64,000 nt of DNA, taken from assembly GCF_001194135.2 (NCBI RefSeq), contig NC_068983.1, forward strand, positions 109,628,032 to 109,692,031, written 5' to 3'. Below the pieces are notes generated by a model. The model did not search any database and was not told the origin of the DNA. It saw only the letters and a list, made by a program, of their open reading frames with translations. The position numbers were made by a program, and so were the translations under genes. The stretch comes from Octopus bimaculoides. Lineage: Eukaryota. Of this stretch, positions 10,837 through 22,738 are shown piece after piece (the stretch's first letter is position 1; each line of letters starts with the position of its first letter).

Positions 10837-13800
10837 CTGATATCATTTCTATTTTGTGTAAGCCAGACCTTTTTATATGTAAAAATTTGTACATTTTTTT
10901 ATTAAATGTATTTAATATTTTTTGTATATCGACTTAACTTGCTTAACTTGCTTGTCCTTACATTTACTCCTCTAACTGCTTGAGTTTAATTCTTTTGAGC
11001 ACTACAAAGTGTATTTTATATGGAGAATACCTGTCTCTAATCTATAAACTACACATACACACACACACATATATATATACATGATAGGCTTCTTTCAGTT
11101 TCCATCTGCCAAATTCACTCACAAGGATTTGGTCAGCCTGTGGCTATGGTAGAAGACACTTGCCCAAGAATCTTGTGACTGATGTCTCATGTAAAGTTTG
11201 AGAACTTGAGATAGTGTAACATTCACACTCATCTCTGTGATTTAAATTAAATACTTTACAGATGTTTGACTTCAATGTCTATTGAATTGCAAGATAAGGT
11301 TGTTTCTTATTAGTTGTTCCAACGCTATATAACAGTCAAAGATGAATGTTTCTGATCTAAGACTGTTTATATTCATATTCCCTTTTCTCTTTCTCTGTGT
11401 ATATGTTGCATTAAGAACAAACTGAGTTCATGATTTTAGTGTTTGCTATGCATACCCTGATATAAATTAGTTTAAGGTAAAATTTATATTCTGATGTAAT
11501 TGGTATGTAGTATTCCCTCCAACTGATAAGTATAATGAAATAAGTATTTGTTTCATTACATTCTTATATATAAGTTCATAATTGTATGAAATTAGTAAAA
11601 TCAGCATGTAGCTCATGCAAGCTTTTCAGAACGTTATGGGATGTATACTTCCTTCGGCCACTAATGTTTTTGAAGTCTAAATAGACCCAATAGGGTGAAT
11701 AATTTTTTTGTTAATGTCCTTATTATTAGTAAATCAAATTAATCTCTTCTTTGTTCATAATGATTTTATGAACATTTTCTAAAATAATCTATAGCTTATT
11801 TGACATTCACTTCTCAACCATGAGTTAACTCTTTTACCAAAAATGATACACATTATCTAAAAGAATCTGTAAGTTTAATTTTGACACAAATAATCAACAG
11901 ACATTGACTTTACTGAAGAGTTTCAGATAACTGATCAGTGCTTTTAAACCAATAAAAATACTTATTCCCATTTTGATATTGATTTTTGTGCTGCTCAGAA
12001 TATAGCCTGGAAAAAAGTTGCATCAGTACATATTTTTAATATTATTGCTTCAAGTGCCTGGAATGTTTTTCAGTTGAAAGAAAACTATCTATAGAAAAAC
12101 TAACATAATTTATAATCTCTAATATAATTCCATCCAAGTAACCAGTTATATTTTTCTGTAATTGTTGAATTAAAAGATTTTACTTTTGTAAAAAATAAAA
12201 CTAAAAGCATTTAGTACTGTAGATTTTTGCTTCAAATAAAATACAAAACAAATATAAACATATAATCACTTAATCTGATGTAACATGCATAAAAATAGAG
12301 CCTACATTGACTTCTTTATATAGAGCATGATAATATACTTTTGCTACTTTCTGTAAATAAAATTCAATAATTGCTTCACTCATTTTTGTTTAATTCGGTG
12401 TAAAAAGAAGTCAACTTTTAAGATTACTCATTGTACCACTAATGGTCTTAATCTAAGCAAAGTTTCTTGCTAAATTTTCTTGGAAAATATAGTATAAAAT
12501 TCTTTTGTTTATTTATAGTTCAATGGCTAACAATCTTGTTGTATATGTAGTTGATTAGTCTCCAGAGATAATTATTATTTTATTTCTTTTTTGACTCTTC
12601 AAACGAATGAATCTTGAATAGTTTTGCTAATGCCAAATGATTAAATAAGATAAGGAATTGTAAAGTAACTAAGCAAAATGAAAGAAAGAAATTTTTATTA
12701 TTTGCTTATAAAAATTGAATTATTATTTTTGGTTTTAGTAATTTACAATAATTTTCCAGTAACAAGTGAAAGTCTAGTATCACTGATATCAAAGGGATAT
12801 TGACAAGCAATAGCATGGAGGTTAGATGTGAAAATATGGTCTTGATCATGGTAATGATGACAACAATAACGCTTATGATGACTATTTTATTATTCATACC
12901 ATAACTCAAAAAGAAACAGTTTTTAACTTGTACCTTATCTTAGAAGTGGTTAAATACTTTTTAGAGCAACAGTAGACTTACAATACAATTTCTATGCTCA
13001 CATACATTTGATAGATTTCTATTTCTGGATCAATTTATTTATATGTACAAATAGATATCCACCTTATCAATAAATCAATTTTCAATTGGCTCCTATACCT
13101 ACTTTTCAATTAGGTAAACTAAAGTAAATGGAATAAGAAATAAGGCACCTTTTCTTACAACTTTAACCAGATAGACTAGCTTCAAAGATTGTAAAAAGAT
13201 TAAAGTGAATTCAAAATACAATACTAAAAACAAAAGTTTCAAGTCACACAACCTTCATTCTTTATGCATATAAAAGAAAGGTTATCACTGATTGAGTGTC
13301 ATTGTTCAAATGTAATACCTAAAAGTTATACTGCACATTTCCATGAGAGCAATTTTATAATAGGATAATATTTAAAAATTTTGAGTAATTTTGCAAATAA
13401 TTAGTCTGAGGAAGAGACATAAAACAAGTAGTATTTTTTAGTCCTTCTAGATTAGGGATAGGAAAAAAAAAACTGGATAAATTTGAAATATCTTACAAAA
13501 AAAGTGTTTATATCAGTTAAAAAAAAAGTGGTTTTTACTCTGTAAAATATGCAAGCTATAGCTATTCAGGATATTTGAAAGCCTGCATACATACTTTTAC
13601 ACAAATACATTAAGCATTAATCAATACAGTTACCATTTATAAAGTATGTTATGAATAAAATGATTCAAATGGCAAAATTCTTTACACCTTTTACAAAATT
13701 TTCTTTTAGACTAGCACAAAAAGATGAACAATATAACTTTTGATGTTTCAAATTAGTTTTATAATAATGAATTTAAAAAGAAAAGTAAGACCTATAAGTA

Positions 13801-14475
13801 TCAAATAATTTAAGTACACTAGCAAAAACCTTCTCAACCTGTGTAGCAGAATACTTCAACAAAGCTATGGATGAAGTTTCAGAGAGAAACCAATAAGATT
13901 TATAAAGAAAGCAGGTTTTTAATAGTTACAGAATATGCTTAATATTTGTTTTTACACATACTGAAACTGGTACAAGAATACATTTATGCATATGTGTATT
14001 TACGTATGCAATTGTTTCTTAAATTGATTCAGCCTTGCAATAAGAATTATACTTGATAATATGATATAAATTACACAATGCATTTTTATCCTAAATGAAG
14101 TGTCTTACAGAATGATTCCACTTGATTTTGAAGACTAAATTGCATTAGGGAACAGCAAATACATCTAAATAATTTCTTAATTGTAAAATAGAATCGTAAT
14201 TTACTCTGTATTTTTGAAGAAGTAATATACTTTAAATATCTTTTCCCTATTATCTTGTCAAAAAAAAGTTAACAGAATCTTTGATAGGAAATTTTCTATA
14301 AAGTATAGAGTTATTGAAGTACATTTCCAATAACTTTTCATTGTGATAATCAGCATGGTTCAAATAAAAATGATGAAATACGACTTTGTCATCTTGTAAG
14401 TCTTGTACATTCATGATAAGAATTTGACACATAGTATAATAATGTATGTGTGTGTATGTGTGTGGCATGTGTGTG

Positions 14476-14539
<64 letters not shown>

Positions 14540-14588
14540 TACAAAATGGCTGATCGTTAGCATGGAGGGACACGGATACACACACATG

Positions 14589-14621
<33 letters not shown>

Positions 14622-14865
14622 TTGCATAATATCTTGATTTGTTCTTCATAATACTGAGTTCCAACATCCTTGGATATTCAACAACACTCAAGGCTATGAA
14701 TTCTTTTATTTCATGACTAATTTGATGTCATCTAAGTTTCTGTCACATAACGAACAATCATAACTTTGACAGTACCTATTTTCTTAAAATGAGTATTGTA
14801 ACAAACTATCTTTCTCCAGACTAACTGCCAACTAAAATTAATATCAATCTCTTTTGTCATAACAG

Positions 14866-14936
14866 ATGATCTTTTCTAATACAGAGCCTTTAGCTCATGT
14901 CAGATATGCAAATGAGAAGACTACTATAATGGAAGA
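14866..14936 (+). CDS. Candidate coding exon (phase 0 to 2)
   Basis: Acceptor tcttttgtcataacag (alternative ttttctaatacag at 14884); only one open frame, MIFSNTEPLAHVRYANEKTTIME; donor GA|gtatgc (alternative ACC|gttagt at 14958); phases join the 8220-8451 and 16440-16580 candidates. Confidence 0.45.
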
Positions 14937-16439
14937 GTATGCCAAATATCTTTATACCGTTAGTGCTTTTGCTAAAACACACTATATATTTTTTCATTTA
15001 TATTCTTTCCTTAGCTTTACTATTTATTTAACTATATTGTTCAATATAATCCTGTCTTCAATAGTTATGGATTTTAGTTAAACTGAAACCAAACTTCAGA
15101 TCTTCAAATTAATGGTGGTCGAAGCTTCTCCCTATAATGGAATATTAAACAAGCAATTTCAAAAAAGAAAAAAAAAAAGATTATGCCTTATACAAGAAAA
15201 CTAAAAGCATTATTTTTGTTCTGCTTCAGGTATAGTTGGATTTTAACTCATTATTTTTATCATGAGAAATAATTTACATTAAATAATTTAAAGCAGCTTA
15301 AAACTGTTTGAAAAAATAGTAAAATAATATAAATTTATATCATCAAATAATTTGAATATATAAATAATAATTTATATAACCAAATAATTTGAATATGTAA
15401 ATACTGATTATTTCTGAGATACATGATCTCTTTTTGTAAGGAAATATAGAATTACCATGAATTACTTTGACATTTATATTTATTTTATTATTTAATATTT
15501 TATAATTTATTTTCATTAACTTCAATATGGTGACAAGTAGGAGCTTTTAATCATAAAAGCAAAGCTTTAAAGTTGAGACTTGAAAGAATAAACTCTCACC
15601 CTTTACCAATTGCACTAACACTCCTGAGACCATGAACATATAAAATTTGAATTATATGAATTTGTAATATTATAGCAAAGCATTTTTGAAATTAAATTTG
15701 AATGTATGAAAATATTACATCAAGATATTAATGCAAAAACATTTTGGTACAAATTTGGTGTAGTGCAGCAAATGAATTTAAGTAAATAGAAGCAGAAACC
15801 TCAAGGATATGGAGGATATAGAAGAAAACAGAGATACAAAAAAATTAAAATATACTAATACAAATTGGTATTTCAACAAATTGATTGGAATAGTTTATGT
15901 TATTCAATCTATCAATTCAAAAATCATGAATACTAATAACTGACTAAGCTACATATTATGCTTATGATTCAGTACTAAAGCATTCTTAACATTTTGGTCT
16001 CAGATGATTATGGAAGAAAATATAGAAATGGAAAATATGAGATAGTGTTTACATGCCCCCACTGGAATCATTATTTTACATGCATTAACATTTATTGAAT
16101 TATATGTTACAGTGAGTCACAGAATTGTTTTGTAAACCCTGCAGATAACATGGTTAATGCATTGCCCCCAAGAATGATGAGATAGCAACTGACAACGTTT
16201 TTTGATGAGGCTAAGCAAGAAGAGGATTATTGGGGGACTTTTCTTCCATTATATGTTCAAAATGTTCAAACAGAAACATATTAGATAACAACCTGTACTT
16301 TGCTAGCTTATATTCCTCCACATACCTGATACCTGTTTCACTTGGTTGCTACAGAAAAAAGCATTACTATAAACCCCATACCAAATTGAGACTTATTACC
16401 TAGGAATAGCAGTTTGTGATGTCTTTTCTTCCTTTGCAG

Positions 16440-16580
16440 TTGCTTCAATCAAACATCACCAGCTGTTTATGTCAGAAAAGTGACTGTATCAAAACTTGAT
16501 GATACCATTGAGGGTTTGATGCCAAAAGTAGTGGCCTGTGCTGAGGCTAATAGAACATGTGATATCCAAACATATCTACT
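16440..16580 (+). CDS. Candidate coding exon (141 nt, phase 2 to 2)
   Basis: Strong acceptor gtcttttcttcctttgcag, donor CT|gtaagc, open frame CFNQTSPAVYVRKVTVSKLDDTIEGLMPKVVACAEANRTCDIQTYL. Confidence 0.55.
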
Positions 16581-17529
16581 GTAAGCAAACAACATCATTT
16601 GTGTCACTTGTAAACAACAACAGCACACTTAGAAGAAGAAATAATAAACCAAATATTACCAACTGATGAAAAGCTTTTTAACTTCAGAATAGTTTTTCCT
16701 ATTTGCAATTTAAAATGCTAATGTATTTTTTACTACAGAAGTAAAATTTAGCAACACTTTTTCCATAAAAACAATTTTTTCAATATTTGAAAACTTGGAA
16801 TTCAATTATTATGTGAAACTATTACATATGTGAAAAAGAAACACATACTTCAAAGTACTATTGCTCCAAAATACATCGAGTCCCATATTTTAATAAATAT
16901 CATTTATAATGTGTATGTGTGTGTGCATGCATGTATGTGTTCGTGTGTGTGTGTGTATATGTTCGTGTGTTTGTGTACATACATGTACGTATCATGAATA
17001 TCAGATGCAAAAATACAATTGGGATTAAAAGTTCACTTCTCAGACATGTGGTTTTAAGTTCAGTTTCATGAATTTAGTAGATGGAAACTGTAACTACATG
17101 TAAAGTATTGGGTATATATACACAAATGTGTATCTCTCTCTCTCTCAATATATAAATATATATATATATATATATATGTATATTGAGGGGGAGGGGGAGA
17201 GAGAGAGAGAGAGAGAGAAATTGTTTATTCATTTTTACATCTGTTTGTTTATGGTAGAATGGATTAGATGAATACATTATCAGTGCATTAATTTACAGAT
17301 AGATGACTTTCTTGTCATTACCTGTTTTTCAAATATGTGTTGTCATTTCACATGATTTTGAAGTCCCAGAGTCAGTAGATAATTTGTTAACTGGAGAAAT
17401 TACAATATCACACGCTGCTTATGAAAAAATGAAGAAATATATATATGCAAATAAATATAAACCATGAAAAGTCACAAGAGGGGAATATATTTATTTAACC
17501 ACATGTCCTCCTTAGGATTACAGCCTTCA

Positions 17530-18724
17530 TCATGTAGTAATACCTTGTTCCACATAAATATCACCTAGATGGTGGCAATATGCAGGCAAATGGCTGGATG
17601 TATTCAGAAGAAGGGGCCAGGAAACTATGCTGGTTTTATGGGGTACATTTGTCCTCTGCCATGTAGCCTATTGCTGTCAAATGTGGTTAACTCAGTGTCA
17701 TGCATAATTGTCATAAAGTTCAGTAGTTTTATGTTAATATCTTGTGTAGAGCAACTGATTGACTAGTTGTGTTCCATGACTTCTTTCTAAATACCCTTCA
17801 AATCAGCTTCATGAAAGTTCAGGCAGGAAAGGAGTTGGGTGCTTGTCTGCAGCTCTCTGCAGACCATGCATTGTTAGTTCTATTAATTTATGGTATGAGA
17901 AAATCGTTAGTGTTACCATAACATTATGGAAGAGTGCCATGTTATTTGTAAAGCAGAGGTCTGTAACATTTTTCCCCTTGTTGGGCAGAGCACTATTTGC
18001 TCCATTAAGAGCAATGTTTGTGAGTTTGAGCAGAGGTTCCACTTGCCTCTGTTCATGCAGTGACATACCTGAGAAAAAGCAGCTCTCAGGCCATTCAACA
18101 TTAAGGAGATTGATGTCCCCTAGAAATATGTAAAAGCTGCCATCAAGGTTGGTCAATATTTTTTCCACCTTTTTGAGACTTTCTTCAAATAAGTCCCCAT
18201 GATTTGGAACATCTGGTGGGTGATATGTGGGACCTATAACAGTATGGTCTGTTTAATGTGTACTACCAGAGCATCACAAACTGAATTTAAATGTGACAGC
18301 AGGAATATATATATATATNNNNNNNNNNNNNNNNNNNNNNNNNNNNNNNNNNNNNNNNNNNNNNNNNNNNNNNNNNNNNNNNNNNNNNNNNNNNNNNNNN
18401 NNNNNNNNNNNNNNNNNNNNNNNNNNNNNNNNNNNNNNNNNNNNNNNNNNNNNNNNNNNNNNNNNNNNNNNNNNNNNNNNNNNNNNNNNNNNNNNNNNNN
18501 NNNNNNNNNNNNNNNNNNNNNNNNNNNNNNNNNNNNNNNNNNNNNNNNNNNNNNNNNNNNNNNNNNNNNNNNNNNNNNNNNNNNNNNNNNNNNNNNNNNN
18601 NNNNNNNNNNNNNNNNNNNNNNNNNNNNNNNNNNNNNNNNNNNNNNNNNNNNNNNNNNNNNNNNNNNNNNNNNNNNNNNNNNNNNNNNNNNNNNNNNNNN
18701 NNNNNNNNNNNNNNNNNNNNNNNN

Positions 18725-18767
<43 letters not shown>

Positions 18768-18930
18768 TATATAGGAATAAATTATCCAGGTAGATACCAC
18801 AAGAGCTCTCAGGTATATTCCAGGTTCCAGCAAACTACATTAAGTAGTAAGAAACATCAATAATTGTTTAGGGTGAACAATACCACTATAATTCTTCTGA
18901 TGGGTAAATCCGGGTTTGCTTTCTGAGTTA
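17530..18930 (-). mobile_element. CR1-like LINE apurinic-endonuclease fragment, split by a (TA)n tract and assembly gap
   Basis: YIFLGDINLLNVEW, PTRG/KNVTDLCFTN and YHKLIEL correspond to the GDFN, PTR..LDL and SDH motifs; N run at about 18319-18724. Confidence 0.8.
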
Positions 18931-19049
18931 TGAATATTTTCACGAGTGTAAATCCAAAACAATTACAAAGAATATGGAAACTGGTATATCTTCAAATTTT
19001 TGTTTTCATTTAACAGTTAGTTATGCAGCTTAATTAGTTAGTTAAATTA

Positions 19050-19700
19050 ACTTATTGGGAAATGTGTAAGTTTGATTAAAAAGATTTTCTTTTTAAGTAT
19101 CACCATTATAGGTGAAATTTATACTCCGGTGAAATAAGAAATCAAGTCATAAATAAATGAAACCCTAAACTCCATCACTACACACACACACACGCACATA
19201 CACACACAGTCGCATATCTATGTATTCATGTATGTATGTATGCGCATGTGTCTATGTATGTATGTGCATGTGTCTATGTGCATGTGTCTCTGCGTCCATG
19301 ATCTATACACATGCAGACGGGGGTCGATTCATATGAAAAAGAAAGTGAACAAAGTAATATGACTACCTGCTTATCAGGAAATTTGTAAGTTCAATTGCTT
19401 TGATTTTTTGTTTTTAAGTATCATGATGATAGGTATTTATACTCTGGTGAAATTAAGAAGTCAAGTCGTAAATAAACAAAACCCTTGAATCCATCACTGT
19501 ACACACATACACACACACACACACACACACGCACACACACACACACAGTTGCATATCTATCTATGTATGTACTCACATGTGTCTATGTGCATAGGTACAC
19601 CATGATCTGTACACACACAAATGAGGGGCGATTCATATGAAAAAGGAAGTGAACAAAATAATATGACTACTTGTTTATTGGGAAATTTGTCTGATTAAAA
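19050..19700. repeat. Diverged tandem duplication, unit about 330 bp, each copy with a (CA)n core
   Basis: TTTTTAAGTATCA...TTTATACTC.GGTGAAAT...CCATCACT(CA)n...GATTCATATGAAAA.G.AAGTGAACAAA.TAATATGACTAC occurs twice. Confidence 0.85.
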
Positions 19701-19882
19701 AAAAAAAATTTTTAAGATAATCAAACCAAATGTTCATCATTTTGAGCCACTCACCCAATGAGTATTTCTGCCAAATGTGGTGAAAATCTGTTCACCTGTT
19801 TTCCAGTCATTTTGCAAACACACAAAGAGACGAAGACAAGTGATTATAATACCCTGCTTTCACTTACGTGTGCAGGGTAATT
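19700..19882. mobile_element. Short non-autonomous repeat with terminal hairpin (HINE/DINE-like, tentative)
   Basis: Ends in the hairpin ACCCTGC...GCAGGGT; a similar element at about 30480-30680 ends ACCTC...GAGGT. Confidence 0.35.
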
Positions 19883-19989
19883 AGATATATGAATATAGTT
19901 GAGAAGAGGTAGAGGAAACACTACTGGTTATTATTACATAGTTGGTTATGGAGAAGATGCTATTACATGGCTGTAGGTAAAAAATTTTG

Positions 19990-21400
19990 AGGTAGAAAAT
20001 GAAATTCTAAAGTTGCAAGTCTGAGTATTACAAATGGGGAAGAAAACCTCTGACTAGGAAATCACATAAGTCTTTTATCTCTTTTTTAAAAAAGAGATGG
20101 GATGGGTTAGGGAAGATGAAAATAGCTAGTGGGTCATAGGAAAAGAAAGTAAAGTTGTAGAAGATGGATTGTTGAAGAAGAAGAATCCACATGAAAACAT
20201 GTCACAGAAGGGAACTTTGCCTGGTTTTCTGTAAGTTTGCAGTAAAAGTGCAGAAGCCGTATCAAAGGCTTGATCTTCCTAGAGTGTAGAGTTAATCAAC
20301 AAGAAGGGTAATCCTGTGCAAACCAGAAATGGGTTATTTTATGGCCTTGGGAAAGGAAGCCTGAATCTTTAAAACACTGTGATAATTTGAAGACAGTTCT
20401 AGTTTTAAGAGGGTGAGAGGAAGAAAAGTTGACGTAGGGGTATATGTCTGAACAACATAAGTAGGGTCCAGCTTGGTTTATGGAAAGAACTTGTTGGAGA
20501 ATAGAAACTTCAGGATAAAGCTAAGTTCAACAAATTTAAAAGAACAATGATGGTGCAGACGTGAAAAAATTATTAAAGGCTAACAACCAGTTGATACAAA
20601 GATAATAGTGTAGAAAGATTTTACATTGACAGTGAATAAGAGTTCTAAGGGTGCATGTGAATGTGGGATAGTGAGAGGGGGTGATATGAGTTTATTAAGG
20701 TAGCTGATGTGCAAGTTCAATGGAACAGCTATAGGCAGAGACAAGTGAATGATAGCCAGGATAGTGCAGCTTAGGAAGAAAACAGATAATAGAAGTGTAA
20801 TGTATGCTATGGATTAGGCTAATGGCAGTGGGAAGCCGTACAGATAAAGAGATTAGTGCCTTAATAGTGTGGGTTAAATGTTTTTGGTTCTAGAGTGTGC
20901 AACAGGTGGGAAACTTGTAAAAGAAGTTTATATTCTTGATATGCTGGTGAGTATCCTTCCAGTAGAAGTCAAGTTGTCAAACAACAACTCCACTTTTGTC
21001 AACTGGTTTGATTGCTTTTGAGATGATGAAGTACATGCAGTTTCTGTGGAGTGGTATTTAGTCACTTGATATGTTTCCTTTTTAAATTAAATGAATCCAA
21101 GCAGCAGTAACACTTATGCTAATGAAAAGGTTACTGAAATTGAATTATCCCATGTCTGGTGGGTGTCCATGTACAGTTGCACAGTCGAAGCTCAGTGAAG
21201 CTTTCAGTGTACCAAACTCTGCTCACTGAAAAACCCTCAAATGAGTTTGACAAACGAAACACTCATTAGTTCACAGATTTAACTTGCTTAGTTTGCTGTT
21301 GAGTGGAATAAGTTTTAAATCTTTCCTAAATTAGAATGTTCAGTGTCTAGGAGTAGTAAATTATTTGGAATGGTGACTGGAGCATGGTGTAGACTGATGA
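19990..21400 (-). mobile_element. Decayed LINE (CR1/L2/jockey group) RT and C-terminal region
   Basis: Pyrimidine-rich sense strand with degraded ORF2-like translation; related fragments at about 36900-37600 and 46560-47110. Confidence 0.55.
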
Positions 21401-21800
21401 ATGTTGATTGAGAGGGAAGCTGATTAATGGATTGATGGAGTTTAATAGCTATATTTGTGTTAAGAGGCATCACAGAATATATTGTCTAGGACACATAAAT
21501 TTTGATATCATTAAGCTTGTAGCTCCAACAGATTCTTATATTATATTCTAAAACTGCAGCTGTGTAAACTGTGATCTAAAGAGAGATAAATTGATGTGAA
21601 ATCTTTCTTACATTTGCATTGTAATATTATTTTCATATTGTTGCAAGCCAATAAATATCTAGATTATAATTAAGGGATGGCAGGCACCTTATTATGTCAT
21701 AATATTTGTAATTATACATTTCTATATTTAAGAGATGAGGAATTATGTACATTATTTACATTTGGTGGAAATTTGTCCTCATCTTCTTTGTTGTTAACAC

Positions 21801-21845
21801 AAACAACGTTTTGGCTGATATACCCTCGAGCCTTCATCAGGGGTC
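21801..21845 (-). ncRNA. Type I minimal hammerhead ribozyme motif (mutated copy)
   Basis: Reverse complement reads GACCC-CTGATGA-A-GGCT-loop-AGCC-AAAAC-GTT: 4-bp helix II, palindromic ACGT helix III, G12>A core change. Confidence 0.6.
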
Positions 21846-22460
21846 TTGGGGAAATTTCAAACCTGGGTTCTCATTCCTAAGGTATTTTTCGATGCTGTTA
21901 TTATAATTGAGTGAGAGAGCAGTGCATGCCATCAAAATGACACTGGGGTAAAATATATGAAGCCCGTTATACCCATCATGACTACCCGTCTGAGAAGGGT
22001 ACGACAGGCACATGCATCACAACCATATGTGCACGAAACGGTGATCTCATATCAAGATAAACAGCGCATGACCTCACAGATGGGGCTCAGTTAGAATTTT
22101 CTTCGGGTCGAGTAGTCCATCCTACTCAAAAGGTCCCTGAATAAGGTTTGTTTAAGGATGTTGAGCAAAACACCCATGTTTCCAAAGGTGAATTATTCAA
22201 ACCCCAAAGAACTCCTCTCAACACATGGCTATGATGCTTCTGCCACTAATTCTGCTCATGATCAGAAATGTACATATCATCAGCCACTAAGGGACATGCT
22301 CAACTGATTAAGGTCAAACAACTGACAAGCAAATCTGTGGTATTAAGCAGATTGCTGTAGCCCGTCTTTTTATACCAAGAGAAAACAATGTACATGATAA
22401 GACTTCCAATCAATTAAGATCAGAAGCCATGAGAGCCACTGCCTGGTACTGCATCTGAGC

Positions 22461-22501
<41 letters not shown>

Positions 22502-22702
22502 TCACTGCCTGGAATCAAACTCGGAATCTTGGGGTTAGCAGCCCACGCTCTTGGGCATAAGGTGTCGTGGTTAAGAGCGCGGGCTACTAACCCCAAGATT
22601 CCGAGTTTGATTCCAGGCAATGACCTGAATAATAATAATAATAATAATAATAACATCGAAAAATACCTTAGGAATGAGAACCCAGGATCGAAATTTCTCC
22701 AA

Positions 22703-22738
22703 GACACCTGATGAAGGCTGGAACCGAAACATTGTGTT
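22703..22738 (+). ncRNA. Type I minimal hammerhead ribozyme motif (mutated copy)
   Basis: GACAC-CTGATGA-A-GG..CC-GAAAC-ATT-GTGTT: 5-bp helix I, intact core boxes, helix III ACAT rather than palindromic ACGT. Confidence 0.65.

Noticed and set aside
12706-12909. Hydrophobic ORF or His-rich alternative frame resembling a membrane protein exon
   Set aside because: Built on a degenerate (GAT/AAC)n tract; several frames look equally plausible and the splice sites are poor.
17300-17466. 55-codon frame ending HDFEVPESVDNLLTGEITISHAAYEKMKKYIYANKYKP* as a terminal exon of the + gene
   Set aside because: No acceptor in the phase required by the 16580 donor; left unassigned.
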